Assembly (NCBI GenBank): GCA_009103225.1
Contig: RHPI01002402.1
Span: 124,001-188,000 of the forward strand
Length of the DNA: 64,000 nt
From: Chlorokybus atmophyticus
Taxonomy: Eukaryota; Plantae; Mesostigma and Chlorokybus algae
Reading direction: 5' to 3'
Shown: piece by piece, positions 26,759 to 40,893 of the stretch
Layout: each line of letters begins with the position of its first letter
Position numbering within the stretch: the stretch's first letter is position 1
Made by a program: the position numbers and the translations under genes
The notes under the pieces: model-generated
What the model saw: the letters and a program-made list of their open reading frames with translations, nothing else
Databases searched by the model: none
What the model was told of the DNA's origin: nothing

Positions 26759-27702
26759 ACAAGCGCAAGCGCGCAGGAGTCGAACTCGAACGTCATCACA
26801 TGAGCCTGAAACGGTAATTCCAGCTTGGGCCATGTTCACTGACAGCCTGTTACATTGTGCATGTCTGTTTGGTGTTGTTTCTTCTCAGTGCGTGCGACTT
26901 AGGGGCCATGTGTCGCCCCCTCTCCCCACTGTCAGTACTAGTGAACGACCTGGCACATCGTCGTTGCGGTTTCGTTTTCGGATCAACCCTTTCTTCAAGA
27001 ACGTATCAGCTGATATGTAGCGCAACATACTATTGGCATACTATGTATGTACTATCTACTTCATACGAGCATGCACACAATCACTGTTGATTGCATGCAT
27101 GTGCAGGGGACACCGGCTATGCCAGAGGCCAATGGCGAAGATGTTTTGCATATGGTTGTACATGACAGACATGGCATGTGTCTGCATTTATTGATGCCGT
27201 CCGTTATAATTGCTTGCGAGTTAATCGCATCGAGAGTCGAAAAAAAGGCGGTGCACGCGTGTCTCCTTGGCTGACAGGGGGCCTTTCGGTTTCGTTCAAT
27301 CTATTATAAACTTCTTCGTATTGAGCACATCGCGCATTGATATTATGACGCCGACGCTCTTGCCATATACGCTATGTATAGACTCAGGTGAACGTGTTGT
27401 CAAGTATGACTTTGATTGACCAAACTGTTTAATCCATAACAGTTGAGTAGTCTTTGTGTCTGTTTTCATAACAAAGGTCGACCCGTGGGTGGAGAAAGTG
27501 AAAGAGGGTGTGCTGAAGCTCATGGTCAATCCATTTCCTACAGCAGCAGCGTGGTTGGTTTTTTTGCCACATGTGGCTTTGCCGGTGAGGAACCTGCTTC
27601 CGTTGCTCCTCGTTTTTCTCAACAGCAACAAGGACTTGAGAAGCGTCTGGCATTAGTGGGTTAACAAGCGAGCAACGCATGCCATCTGGTATTGTGGTGT
27701 GT

Positions 27703-27772
27703 GTATGTATGTATGTATGTATGTATGTATGTATGAATGTATGAATGTATGTATGTATGTATGTATGTATGT
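27703..27772. repeat. (GTAT)n tetranucleotide microsatellite
   Basis: Tandem GTAT with two GAAT variants. Confidence 0.95.
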
Positions 27773-28552
27773 TGTTGGAGTTCTGGTGTGGTAATAATAC
27801 AAGGTGACTGCGCCTTGCACTGTTGATTGCGGATGAGGTTCCCATGAGCGCATCAACTAGCCAGCCCAATCAGTGTCTGCAGGCGGCAATCTGTCATGTC
27901 AAACGCAATCATCCAGTCAATCCACATCTGCTTGAATGGATTATCTGATGTGGGCAACCACTCCGGTGCTGCACTCTTCGTGAGCTCTTATGTTGGCTTG
28001 GGATTAGACATGCGATTAGACATGCCGCGCAGAGCTTAACAGCGTGCTATATGCACAAGGCGATTGTTGCTGCAACAGAGGCATTGCCAAGAAACGGATG
28101 GCGGCACGGCGTAGTTATGTATAACAAATTGAAATGAAGCGCGCTGTTGTTAGCATGCTATGCGGTGTTGCTATAGAGGATTTGTATCATAACGCTCTGC
28201 TGCCCAAGCATACGTGAACAGTGTGCATCATAATATGTACTTGATACAGTGACGGTTTGTGCAACTCGGTGCCAACCCTATGTCACCAAGGTTGCTAGAA
28301 GTCTGCCAGCAACGCACCCACAATGGCAATTGCCTGAGCTTGCAGCTGTGCAAGTCTGCTGCTCACAGGTGTACGCCTTTTGCAAGGCTGAAAGCAGGTT
28401 GGTCAAACGATGCGGCTTTGTGCGCAGCAGAAAGTATTGGCCGCAGTGCACGCATGCCAGAGAGACTGCTCTTACTTACCGCGACTTATGATGCGTGCAG
28501 ACAACCAAATGTAAAGGCCATTCACCAACTCCAAACACAACATTACTGACTA

Positions 28553-30298
28553 CTACAAATCAATGGGTATCCTCAATCCATCATACGCCAGCTGCACATC
28601 AATCCCCAACTCCGGCATCATCTCTGCCAACTCAGCATTAACAACATCATGATCAAACTCATGCGTCATGCCCGTGAGCAGCGCACGCTTGGGCCGCACT
28701 CTCTTGATGACTTCCAGGCTTTGCGGCAGGTTGAAGTGCGTGTTGTGGGTTCGTTGCACGAACAGCGCGTCTAGTATAAGTAAATCTACTGGCGGGGAGG
28801 AGATGAGAGCTTCTGTGCTGTCTAATAAACGGGATGCGTCGGATATGTAACCAACACGCTGGCGCGTGCCGAAAAGGAAACCCAACGCGACAAAGTCCTC
28901 CCCGTGCATTACAGGCAGTGGCGTGATGTGCAGGCCGGCAGCATTGAATGGTTTGATAGTGTCCGCCTCGATGATGTTGAAACTGAGCTGCGCTACTCTC
29001 CTTACCACCTGGTGTGGTTGTTCTAGATGCATCAGTAACATGCTATGTTACAGACGCACAGCAATGCGTGTGTTCGGATGCAAGCGCGCATGCACACATG
29101 CATGCAAACACACACATAGACACACGCGCATGCATGCATGCATGCATGCATACACACACGCGCATCACAAACGCACATGTACACACAAACGCGCGCGCAC
29201 ACAAACACGACTAGTGCTTGCCTCGGATGTTGGCTTAGCAGTGAGGTAAGGGAACACTTGGCGTATGCAACCGAACGCTTGGGCGGATAGGTACACGGGC
29301 AGGGCCGGTGCGCCGTTGCCGAGGTGGTCGGGCTGCAAACCCCTCAAATCATCCATGCCAAGGATGGCATCCGCATGCTCGTGTGTCAGCAACAACTGCA
29401 AAAGAAAGTGAATCTTAAACTTCATAGATTGTAAACATCCACCCAACAGTTGCCAATCTTTGCACGGCAATCAAGCATGCACGACAACAAGTGAAGTGGG
29501 GTTGTTGTGTGGAGTCGTAAGCACCCTGCATGATGGGCATGATGATGGTGGTGGTGGGTGGATGTAGTAGTAGTAGTTGTTGCACCCACTGCGTCAAGGG
29601 ATGGCACTCCATAGCGTGGGAACCACCGCAGCATGGCCTCGCGGAAGGTCTTGCCGCAGTCGATCTGGATGTGCTTCGCATGTGCAATGCCACCATCGCA
29701 TCTGCCGTCCCCCTCACCCTTGACGGCAACGTAGCGGATGAGCAGAGACGGATTCCCTCTGCGCCATGCATACCGATGAGAAATGCATGACAGTGTGTGT
29801 GGGGTAGTGTGGCTGCATATCCGCTGTGCAAAACATCCACTTCACCAGCCAAACGTGCACGCGCATGCGAGGCTGCATGCAGAGCCTCTGCAATGGGATG
29901 ACAGTTTTGTTTTCACAAGCTGAAGAGGCAATTCAAACACAGTTTTCAAGTAGTAGATGCTACTACTACGGTGGAAGCACTCTGCAGGAAATGTGCACGA
30001 CACAGACAAGAGGAAATGAGTCGGTTTGAGGCGATGCTAGACTACTATTAAACTAAACTGTTGTTCAAAAGCAAGCAAGCAAGCAAAACGGTTACTGAGT
30101 GCCATGCCTGTAGTTTCTCGATAGTTCTGGCGGTGTCGCAAGGGCTGAGTGGCATACGGCGCACGGCGGGTCCGTCGGTGCCGTCACGCAGCGGGGAGTT
30201 GGGACGCCCGTGCTGCTGCCAGTACCAAGGAAGATCAACTCCGACACGACCGCCTGCCTCCTCCTTCTCCCCACACCTCTGGCCTCACCCTCGGCCAT
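28553..30298 (-). CDS. PhnP-like metallo-beta-lactamase-fold phosphodiesterase
   Basis: [54 protein letters not shown] (HxHxDH-type motif), [30 protein letters not shown] and LAYDGL. Confidence 0.93.
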
Positions 30299-30739
30299 CC
30301 ACTTGACGCTCTCCTACGCCTCTTCCGCCGCCGCCGCCGCCGCTGACCGCCGCTGCTGCCACGTAAAGCCAGGTTCGTAGCGACTTGGAGGTAGCGACTC
30401 TGTGTAAGCGGCTTCCGAAGATGTAGCGAGCTTGCGTGTGGCTTCTGTATTGGCTCAGCTCGTGCGGCGGTGGCGGTGGAGGACGAGGAGGACGAAGAGA
30501 AGGAGAGGGCGGTGGTGCTAAGAAGTCTCTGTCTTCAATCTCTCGCTGGGCAGCTGCCAGGGCATTTTCTTAAATCGTGCGTTTGGGCAGACTAAGCTTC
30601 TAGCAGGAGAAGGGTCGTCTGCTGCTGCTCTCGGCGCAGGAGCAGCCGGACGTGGACGTAGCGGAGGCGGGGGCGGAGGCGAACAAGGCGGAGCAGGGGC
30701 AGAACGAAAGTCTTGTGCAAATTAGGGCTTGTGCACTAG

Positions 30740-31876
30740 ATGGACGGGCCGCCATGCATGACGCGGGTTGTGGACGGCTTCATCCGGGGTGCTTCTGTAA
30801 GAGACTTGGCTATTTACTTACATGCGTGCGTTGGCTGAGTTTACAAGCCATACATTTCAAACCCGCGCGCTGCGCACACACATAGTATATAACTCCCCTG
30901 TTGTTATGGGCAGCTGGGTTGGTTCGTCGGGGTTTACATGGGCTCCTACGACTGCCGCAAAGCCGGTGAGTGACTGCCGTTGCAATGCTTGCTGCTTGAA
31001 TGACTAGTCAGACTTTGTCATGCTGCACTGCTTGCTCAATCTCTTTGATCATGTGCGCAATCTTGTGTCCCGTAGAAGTGTTTCTTCGCTGCTTTCCCCT
31101 CTTTTGTGTTGCTTTTGCTGGCTTGTGTAGTCACGCTGTATGTTTGCTTCAGGCCCTCGTGGTTTACATGGCAGGGTTTGTGGGTAGGGAGCTCGCTTCT
31201 CAAGTGGTAAGTGTTTTCTCTGGTTGAGAAGACCAGCCATTGTGCAAGCGATTGTTGTTTTCCTTTCGCTCCCCTTGAAAGCCAGTCTGTTCATTTTCTC
31301 AACAGTAGTCATCTCCACCAGATTGCTCATGCGGTACATGCATTTTGAGGAAGTCAAGTGGCAGCCAGTCAAGCTATGCCACCCTTTGACTTAATGCCGT
31401 TGCCAACATACTTGTTGTGTGTGCTAATGCATGTGGGGTTCTGCATAGCTTGTGTGTTGAGGTGCATCTGCTGCATTGCACAACACAAGTTGTCATATAG
31501 TACACATGTGCAACACTCGAGGACGGCATTTCCTGCAGGTGAGGTACACTGCACGCACCACCGGCATGTATGGCGCATACTTGGCGCTCTATTCAGGCTC
31601 GCACTGCTCGCTGGAGCAGTGGAGGGCTCAGAAAGACGGGGTAAGCACGCACAGTACCCACACAACAGCCTCGTTGTTTACTCGTGGGCTTGAACACTTG
31701 TATGTGTGCAGTGGAATGCGGCAATTGCGGGCGGGTTGTGTGGCGCCCTGCTCGCTTTAAGCTCGAGGCAACCGCTCCAAATGTTGCAGTTTTCAGCGAC
31801 AACAGCTGTCATGTCGTTTGTCGTAGACAAGTACTTTGTCAGGCATTCCGCGAGCACTCGAAAGCTGTGGCAATGA
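30740..31876 (+). CDS. Tim17/Tim22/OEP16-family membrane protein, most like OEP16-4
   Basis: Five phase-consistent exons give MDGPPCMTRVVDGFIRGASLGWFVGVYMGSYDCRKAGFVGRELASQVVRYTARTTGMYGAYLALYSGSHCSLEQWRAQKDGWNAAIAGGLCGALLAL..., with the family motif C.L...R...D.WNA..AG..GA. Confidence 0.85.
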
Positions 31877-33191
31877 GGTTGATTGGCGGAAAGCACACTC
31901 GCGTGCTGGCCCCCCTTTAGCCGCACTCACATGCACACTTAACTTAGCGCCTCACGCAGCCTTACTGCACGTATTAACAAACGTCTCATGGGCTGGCTGT
32001 CTGGCTGTACTTGCATCCCTCCCCTGGTTGCTGCCTACGCCAAGCTTGTCATTTGCAAATGTGCCTGTGCATGACAACCAGCATGAGCCAATTTAATGTT
32101 GTTGCCGCAGGTATGAGCAGGTGTGCACCCTTCCCTTAACTTCCAAGTGTGTTCAATATAGTAATGCCAGGAGGAAGATAGTGTCTGCAATGCAAATTTT
32201 GAGACTTGGCTTGTCTTTTGCAAACGTTGTGGAGCAATTGCTTCCAACTTGCGCCGCCTGTGTGGTGTGCATTGCAGGTCTGCGTGCAGTTTCCGCAGCC
32301 CATCTTTCTGGTGCTCACGCTATGGAAGAGGTGTACAGGATATGCTGCCGGTAGTTGTAGACATGCATGACATCACTCACAGCCAATGCCAAACAGCATG
32401 CAAGCACATTGTAACACAACCACCGGGCTATGCACACTGTTTGTTCCAACCTGTGTGCACCAGCGACATGTCAGGAGCAACCAGTATGAAGTGCAAGACT
32501 ACACGCACCAGCATCTTGTCAGTGTAGCAGATATGCACCTCTGCTGCGCGGGTGGTGCTCAAGTCCCATCTTTGCCGTGCCCTGCACTGCTAGTCTTGTT
32601 AGTAGCGTTCAATAGCGTTCTAGTCAGTTGTAAGTGTCTAGTAGGCTGTGCTCTGGGCCCCCCCAAATCGTTTACTGCTGTGTCATATGATTGGCTTGAT
32701 GTTGTGCTACTGCTGCTTGCACACTTCCTTGCATTTTAGCGCTTTATGCATGTAGTGCATATGACTATGTGCATAGCTGGTGGTGGTGCTCTCTGCCTGC
32801 TCAATGGCGTGCTGCCCATCCTATTTGGTGACCAGTACATACAGTCGTGGTTCTCTCTAGATGGTGACGGTAGCACGCACAGCTTCATGATACTCCCTGA
32901 GAAATATGCACATGTTACCACCACCTGCAAGCGCCCAAAACAGCATATAGCTGTCACCAATACATACACTTGCAACAAACTCACTGCGTTCCACACATCA
33001 CTGGCAATTCCCATAAACTTGCTGCCCTTCTTCCATTGCTCACAGCGGGCGTGCGAACACTGCATGGTGCCCTTCTACAGTGCACTACCATGCAAGAGAC
33101 TGCAGTGGTCCTCGCACCTAGATAAACATGTTGCATGGTGGCCATCACAATGGCTGTCAACCAACATTCTAGTTGGCATGCTGGCACAAAT

Positions 33192-36024
33192 CTAGATGGG
33201 AAGCAAAGGGTGCTTGCTCGCATCCGACCGCCGATTGAGCTGAGACCAGCAAGTTGTGTTAGTCACATACAAGTTGCAACCCACGTGGCACTACAACCAA
33301 GGAGTAGTGGGGGAAACGCACCTCAACCTCAGACATTGTATCACTGATTATGGTGGCCGTCTCACCACTTGAGAGATCCACCCCGCTGCCTTTGCCACTG
33401 ACCAAAGCACAATGATATTCATTTAATAGCAAAGCAAGTCCATGCTGCGCGCGTGCATGGCGTGTCAACTGTGCATGGCACCAATTGCGGCAACTGACAG
33501 CAGCTTACTTCATCTTCAAATGGGAGCGCCTGTGAAGCCTGGGACTAGGTTCAGGGTGCGTGCGCCTGCTTTTGTCTGATTCGATGCCACCAAAGAACTG
33601 CCGATGCACATAGTCAACAGGTGTGTCATGAGCTTTCAACTGTACAGCATTGCGCATGACTTGTTTAAACATGCACGCACCTGATGCATAGAGATGAAGA
33701 CTATCGACACTCCGATGAGAAAATTGATGGTCAGATGGTGTCCAAATAATGCCGCTGACATCAGTCCAGTCAGGATCGTGGCAACCGTTGATGAGTACTT
33801 TTTGAGAATGGTATCTGTGACCGTGCACACATGCTGGTGAGGCGCGTTGAACAATGCATCCGACTTCTTAGGATACACATCGTGTACCTGCGAACTTGAA
33901 GAAAAAGGAAGATACAATGCCTTGCATCGCATTGTTGCATATCAGCAGAAGCGTGATGCCGGTATGCCCTTCAAAGATACCTACAGTGCTACCTAAGAGA
34001 TGATCAAATCAGCCAAAATGTGGTCAACAAGGAGCAGTGTATGTGTTTGCATGAGATGTCTGGGTTGCATGCGCACCTTTGTAGATGGCGTAGATTACTA
34101 GTCCTATCAAATTAAAGAATGCGCCATATGCGTACATCAGAAAGTTCTGCGCAACATTACGTCATTAGTGAACGGTGATCATGCAAGCTTGTCTGGCAAC
34201 CAGTACGTAAGCAAGCACAGCTCACCTGCATGTGCACGCTGTGCTCATAGTTGCTTTTCAATGCATACTCGTTGTACACGGACGCAGCAGATGGCACAGT
34301 AACGGACATCACGGTGTAAACGTAAGCTATCATTGTCGCGGGCAAGTGATCGGCGTCCGCACCGGGCAGTGCTGTGTTGCAGCTCAGTTGGTTTATAGTA
34401 ATGCCCATCAGAAGCAAGAATAACGCCTCGCACTAGTAAGATGTTACCCATCAGCAAAGCATCCATCAGCTGTACTTGAGCAGCAAACTGGTTCAATTGC
34501 AAAGCATACCTGAATGACATTAAACCTCCTGTTCATCACAAGGCGCAAAAGAAAGGCAATCGTCAACACCTGCGAATGGTTAATCTGAGTAACAGAGCAG
34601 ATTATGAAGATGGTTGAAAAGTAAACTTGCAGTCATGCACACCTTGAGGTTGGACAACATCTTGACAGTGGCAGGTTTGAAGTAGAGTTGCATGACAAAC
34701 TTGAGGTAGTTGTTAATCGCGTACAACAATGCTGGCACTGCAAGCAATGCATTCGCCTTTGCTGCCTGCAGGCACACAATCAGTACAGTCCCAATACAGC
34801 ACTCATATATCGCTGCAGTTGGCTGATCACACGCATGCATGTCAACCGCTGATCACGCGCGAACACCCACCAGCAGCATGGTCGACAGCGAGAATGCAGA
34901 CCTCTCTCCTGGCAACCTTTTTCGATTCTGTCCAAGCCACAACAATGCTGGTCACTTAGTACTCATAATGACAGATGCCATTAACAGAGACTTGCATTGA
35001 GCAAAGTCAAGTGCTGACACGCACGCATAGTATGCATGCGCATGGCCTTCCACCAACTACATGACATGCATGGGGTGCAGTGCGTATGCATGTGTGAGTA
35101 GATGCATTTGGCAACTGATGAGAGGGAGGGTGCCAGCTACCTGTCCAACCAACATGACGCTTGCAAAGAGCACTTTTGCGATTTCTGTGAGGAAGTTGAC
35201 GCTGACTGGGTTGAACAGAAAGCGTCCTTCCACCTTAGACATGTGCACGAGGATGGGCTGCAGGTCACAGAGAAGCGTTAATGGACATGCACAAGCTAAG
35301 TCGCCAAGTGAGGAAATATTCAACGCTGCACCGTGTAAAAACACAAGGCAGCATACCACTTCACACCACCATGTTGACTCACGTGCTGGCCTCAGTATAT
35401 ACAGTATATATAACAGTATGGTGTCACTATACATAACAGTATACACAGTATCATAGTATATAACAAAGCACTAGTTCGTTTCCTGTAACAGCAGTGTTCA
35501 CTTGCTGTACCAGCACAAGCATTGGTGTTTATACTGCGAACTGCGAACTTTGCTTACCGACTTGACGTACTAGTACAGTAACCGACCAACATGACGACTT
35601 GGCAATCAACTGATTACTAAACAGGCAAAGCTGCTCGCAGCTGGTTTGTTGAGCAAACTGCTTGATGCTTGAAAGGTTCTCAACAAACCTATACTGCGGC
35701 CACTGTCATGTTTAGAGTATGATAAGGCAACTGGTACAACACAACTGCTGAACTTTAAATTGCTCATCCGCTAGTTACTTCTTTGCACGCCAGTGAAACC
35801 CACAAGGACAGGGGGGGGCATGCCTGCAATCCAATGAGGAAGCAATCTGTGGCCACGAGGATGAAGTTGTAGGCGCTTTTCTGCGCGTCGCTGCGCTCCC
35901 TGCTGCGCTCGTAAGCCCCGCTGACGACTCCACCACCACCGCCACCACCCGCACCCAAACTCGTGGAAGCAACGAGCAGCGGAACATTCTCACCCCCCGA
36001 ACCGTCGCTCTCCGCCGCCCCCAT
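33192..36024 (-). CDS. SLC35A-type nucleotide-sugar transporter (plant CMP-sialic-acid-transporter-like)
   Basis: [119 protein letters not shown], and C-terminal HPLLPI*. Confidence 0.93.
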
Positions 36025-37848
36025 CGTGGACCACTGCTCCTCCTCCTCTCGTTAACAGCACAGCCGCACCGGCTGCCCATGCTCACCCCACCAGCATAAT
36101 GCCTACCCTTGTGCACCTCCCTAACTAACCCGGCTGCAACAGCCAATGCGCCAAACCACTTCAGCAGCACAAGCACAGGACGCAGGCGCAGGAGCGGGCG
36201 CTGGAGTGGAGAGGTGGGGGCGGGGGGGGGGAGGGCGGCGAAGGACGAGAAATCAAGAAGGCGGTAGATCCTTGCCCTTGCCCCTGCCCCCAGCAGCACC
36301 AACGCTCACCTCCTCTCCTCAGCTGCACAATGGCGGGTGTGACTTAGTTCGTTTGCCGGCGTGGGCACTGCTGCTGCCCGTGGTGCTCAAGCGGCAGCAA
36401 CGGCTCGCGCGCGACTGTCCGATGATTGCCTGCGGGTTGAACCAGTGCAGGCGGTGCAACGTTTCGCCACTGCCCGTTTTGCCAGGGGTTTCGCCATGTT
36501 TCACCACGGACAACATAAGATACATTGTTGTTTTCCATTGATAGCTTGTTCCTGGGGCCTTTTCACTAAACCACATAAGGTATAGCGTAGGTAAGAAATG
36601 CAAGGCAAGACAACTTTGGGCGCATAGCTTTTATAGTCATGTATCATCCACTTTTAGGAGGACAAATGTAAGTCCACCTCGCCCCTTGCAATAGATGCAT
36701 TATTTCAGTCAAAAAATTTTCTTAATGGAGGGGGTGGGATTATTATAAAATAGGGGGGGCGTATATCCCGGCAGATATGAAACCTTTCTTCATTGGTGGG
36801 GATGTGTTCATAAGTGCAAACAGTGGTCCGACCTCGGCGAGACATACACATGCAGGCAAGCACATTTATTGGATGATGCCGCTCATATACGTGAGCAAGA
36901 CGCGTGTCAAGTATCAATTCTTGATTTGCCAACCAGATGAATGTCATGCCACGCTTGCTAATGGCACGCCGTGTCAGTGAGGATTATACAATGAAATTGA
37001 TATATGTAATATAAGCAACTTCAGTGGTTCCATCTGAGAGACATGCATGAAGCTTGCGTTGTCATGTATCTAAAAATGCAATCGATTGAATGATTTCCAA
37101 TAATATCATCATCGTATGGTACATAATCATGGGCACAAAATTGTTTTAGCTTGTACCGCTTAGTAATCGACATATGCGCAAACAAGTCGTTACATTTGAA
37201 AGGATATAGTCATTTTGGTAACCTTTTTGGAGATTATAATCATACTCAAAGTCTAACATCACTCTTACACAGCATTTAATACATTTAGATATAAAGGGAA
37301 TCTTGCTTGAGACTATATGAAAACTATATGACCCATTACTAGTATAATGTATTGCATGTGTGCGTGCTCGCGCGAGTATGGGCAAAGAAGTTGCTCGCAT
37401 GCATGTGGGTGGGCGAGCGGGTGACACTACGGCAACCATGACATGGCGCACAATTGGGAGAAACGTGATGCACATATCTGAAACTTGACATTAACCAACT
37501 ACTCCTCATGCAACACAAAGTGCACACATTCCGTGTATGTGTGGAATATTGATGCTGTCAGCTTTCCATAATTACACAACCATCACCTACCTGCCTTAAT
37601 GAATTTGCCAATGACACACTTGCCACCTTGATGATGCAGGTATGCAACCAAAAATATTTACAATGTACATTAATCTTCAAGGTGCTAGACAATAAAGAGA
37701 ACTTGCAATGTGCTCATGTCCAACCTGGTTACAAAAGAAGTACAGTAATTGCATCAGCTGCTGTTGGCCTTGAAGCCTGAATGGCTGTTCTTGCGGCTCA
37801 AGACGACATATTGCCGGTGCAATGTTAGCATACCATCACGTGAGCAAC

Positions 37849-38855
37849 TTAGCCGCAACCGCCATCACTGCTCTGCGCGCTACTGAGGCCATCTGTAGCT
37901 GTCCTGACCGCCTCAGTGGCGTCATCCGCGGTTGGAAGCGTTTTGGTCTGCACATGGCATGTTGTCTTGGTTGGTTTGGTTTGGTTGGTTTGGTGGTTGG
38001 TTGGTGGTTGGTTGGTTGGTTTGGTGGTTGGTTGGTTGGTTGGTTGGTTGGTTGGTTGTTTATGACTTCTTACCATAAAGGTGCTGGTTACTTTACATAA
38101 CGCAGTATTAAAGAAGGCATTAGTGGTGTGCTGCTACGCATGCGCACTGCCCTCATGTACACGACTTTGGGCTGGGCTAAGTGTCAGCATATGTACCTTT
38201 AGCGTAGAATACAGAAGCTTCACGCCAAGGCTGATCTCAAACGAGTCCGGCCTGTTTAGGCAACCCACGAGTTTCGCTCATAGGTTTGCTTGCACGTTTT
38301 GAGAAAGAACAGCGCTTGCTAGTATCTCTCTCAACGCCCACGAGGTTTTGTAGGCGCTAATAGCTCACCTTGGACCCATGCCTTCAGGGTTGCCCACGAC
38401 GATAACCATAGGCACAACTTCCTCTGCAAGTGCAAAACAAGGTTACAAATACCACTCACACCACTGCTGCTGCAGACAGAGCTTCTGCCGTGTATTGCAC
38501 ACGGCGTTAATTCATTTCTAACATCACTTGTGACTTTGCTTACCAATGCTGTCTGCCACTGAAATGAAGTGGTCGGTGTACTTCTTCTCGTAGTACTCTG
38601 TGACAACCTGCAAGGAGCATTTGTTGACGTACGTCGTGTGAGGCATGCACCGACCAGTCTCAACATGCATGCTGCAAGGTCGTATATGTTACTACAAGTT
38701 CTCATGCTCCATCACAAGAAGCCAGCGTGCAAAGTAGTCAACAGTAGTCAGCAGCAGGTCAACGGTGATGGCGCACCTCTGGCGGCGACGGTGCGTCTAG
38801 GCGCGATCGTCACGCAAGGTAACAAGCCTAGGGGCCTTCCCTCCAGGTCACCCAT
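37849..38855 (-). CDS. Rdx/SelW-like thioredoxin-fold protein lacking the CxxC/CxxU motif; first exon uncertain (ATG 38855 or 38920)
   Basis: Four phase-consistent exons give VVTEYYEKKYTDHFISVADSIEEVVPMVIVVGNPEGMGPRPDSFEISLGVKLLYSTLKTKTLPTADDATEAVR..*. The R..SFEI...LLYS.L....P....EAVR pattern is typical of Rdx-family C-terminal halves (assignment by motif recall). Confidence 0.6.
37967..38058. repeat. (TTGG)n microsatellite in an intron
   Basis: Degenerate TTGG/TGG tandem run. Confidence 0.9.
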
Positions 38856-40190
38856 GTCGTCGTCGACGACCGTCCCAGCAGCCTCCTCCCCCACGCCGCC
38901 CCCGCCCTAGCCATTGCCATGGTCGTGTCCAGGATGGGATCTGCCGGCAACTTGCCTGCTCGCTTTAGTCCAGGCAGGGCAACCAAAGCTCAGTTACCTC
39001 TTACTCTGACGTCAGCTAGCTGACAATGATCTGTCAACAACTCGTCAAGATGAACATTATCAATGATAATGTATCATATATCGCTGTGCCAGGTTGCCAA
39101 CAGTCTGTTGACAACATTGCCACTGCCACTGCTCATTGCACTGATTGTAGTGTAGCAGAGAACAATCCAATGGTACTCGATGTCCATGCATACTAGGTAC
39201 AATAAATGTTATACGTACTATGTGATGTTTGCGGAGGACTCATTAGTACACGATCAAGAAACGTAAGTATCTTATAACTCCTGATGTTCGTAGTCAGGAG
39301 TCATTACGTGCATAGCAACAATGAGGTCACATTGTGACATGGTTTCCCTATGCAAAGGTAACGTAGGGCTATTTTAAAGTTTATTTATTTATTTGATTGA
39401 TGCATCGCGCACGACACGGCATTCAAACACCGACGCGCAGGTTATCATCACGCGTGTGACGAATTGCATCTGTTGTTGACTTGCAAGGCACAGATGAGAT
39501 GTTACTTTTATACTCATACATATGGAATTGTTGAATGTTTTACATAGTCATTATCATGTCAGGCCTTAAATTCATCGCCTTTTATAAACAGTATTTCTTC
39601 GTCACTGATGATGCTCAAGCAACATTGAATAATTATCCAATCACTTGTGATAATCAATGGTAATATATGAACGGACTTTACTGAAGCACTTCAAGCAAGC
39701 AAAGTTGATGTCACAAAAGCAAATCATTTCTGAAGCGGAGATGATAACATTTGAGTTAACGATGTCATGTGCCTCAAATGGTTGTTTGCATATATGAAGC
39801 TTGAGAGTGCAAAGTCATGCGCAACACGTGATTTGGTATGCGCCATGCATGCCTACAATTGCCTCGCGCATATCTTGTACACTTTCAACTCAGACCACAC
39901 AAGAATATTCACAAGCACTTGCAACGAGGCACAAGCAGGACAAATAAATGGGGGCTTTGAGCAGCGCTAGCTAGACAACAAAAACAACAACACATAAGCT
40001 AGCTGACATAAATTCAGTTGCTAAACGTGTGGCGCTTGTGTAACAGGTGCGCCAGCATGCCAGTCATCTTCACCGCTGCTTGTGCGTGCCACCCTGCCAA
40101 CGCCAACGCCGCTGCCTGCCTCCTCGCCTTCGCGTTTGCATGCGTGTGCTTCTGTAGTGTTCAATTAGAAGGGGCCTGGGCCAGCCCATT

Positions 40191-40250
40191 GCTGTTGTTG
40201 TTGTTGTTGTTGCTGTTGATCTTAACAACAACAACAACTACTACAACAAC
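40191..40250. repeat. Inverted (GTT)n / (AAC)n microsatellite pair able to form a hairpin
   Basis: gctgttgttgttgttgttgttgctgttgatcttaacaacaacaacaactactacaacaac. Confidence 0.85.
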
Positions 40251-40893
40251 GATTGTCCTGTACTACTCTGCTGTGTACACAAGATGCAACGGGGATGTCA
40301 TGCATGCAAGGCAACCATATACATGGCATGCACACATCATGTGATTGCACGCAACCACGCATGCAATCATACATACACAACCATGTGCTGCTGTCACCAC
40401 CCATTCTGCTATTTGTGCATATACATATGATGACATGAGACGCTTGCCTTGCGCCTTTTGATTAAATGGAAAAGAATCAACTCATGCACGTATGCGTATC
40501 TATCTCTACAACATGCACCCGTGCAGGCAAGCCATTGCACACTCACGCGCACGATACGCTAGCATGCTTTCCACCGTCGCATGCACACACTGGCAGTACA
40601 ACCCATGGCTACTTGGGACTGGCATCGCATCTATTACCAGAACATATCTCTCTGCATCGACTGGCGTTGTCTTGTGCTGTATGCGGATGCCTGCTTTGAG
40701 AAGTAATGGGTGTGCGGGTTCTGACTGTCACCGGCAACATGACCAGAAACGAGCAATGGACAGACAAAGTTGACTATGCTAACTGCCAGCCGCTACTCAA
40801 AAACACACCATGTCTGCAGTCCTACTCAGAAACGCTGACCAGCACAAACAAAGTACTGGTGTTGCGAACAACGTTGACGATCACAATGGATCT

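Noticed and set aside
27456-27656. ORF VDPWVEKVKEGVLKLMVNPF..VWH
   Set aside because: It looks protein-like, but I found no start, partner exon or recognisable motif.
33192-36024. A CMP-sialic-acid-transporter-like gene as evidence for sialylation in the alga
   Set aside because: Plants generally carry this SLC35A subfamily; the name does not establish the substrate.
36600-37560. AT-rich islands (also 1-560 and 39000-39970) as TE relics or foreign DNA
   Set aside because: No termini, TSD or coding motif could be identified by eye.
38608-38705. In-frame UGA as selenocysteine for the Rdx-like gene
   Set aside because: The only candidate would need an implausible 25-nt intron.
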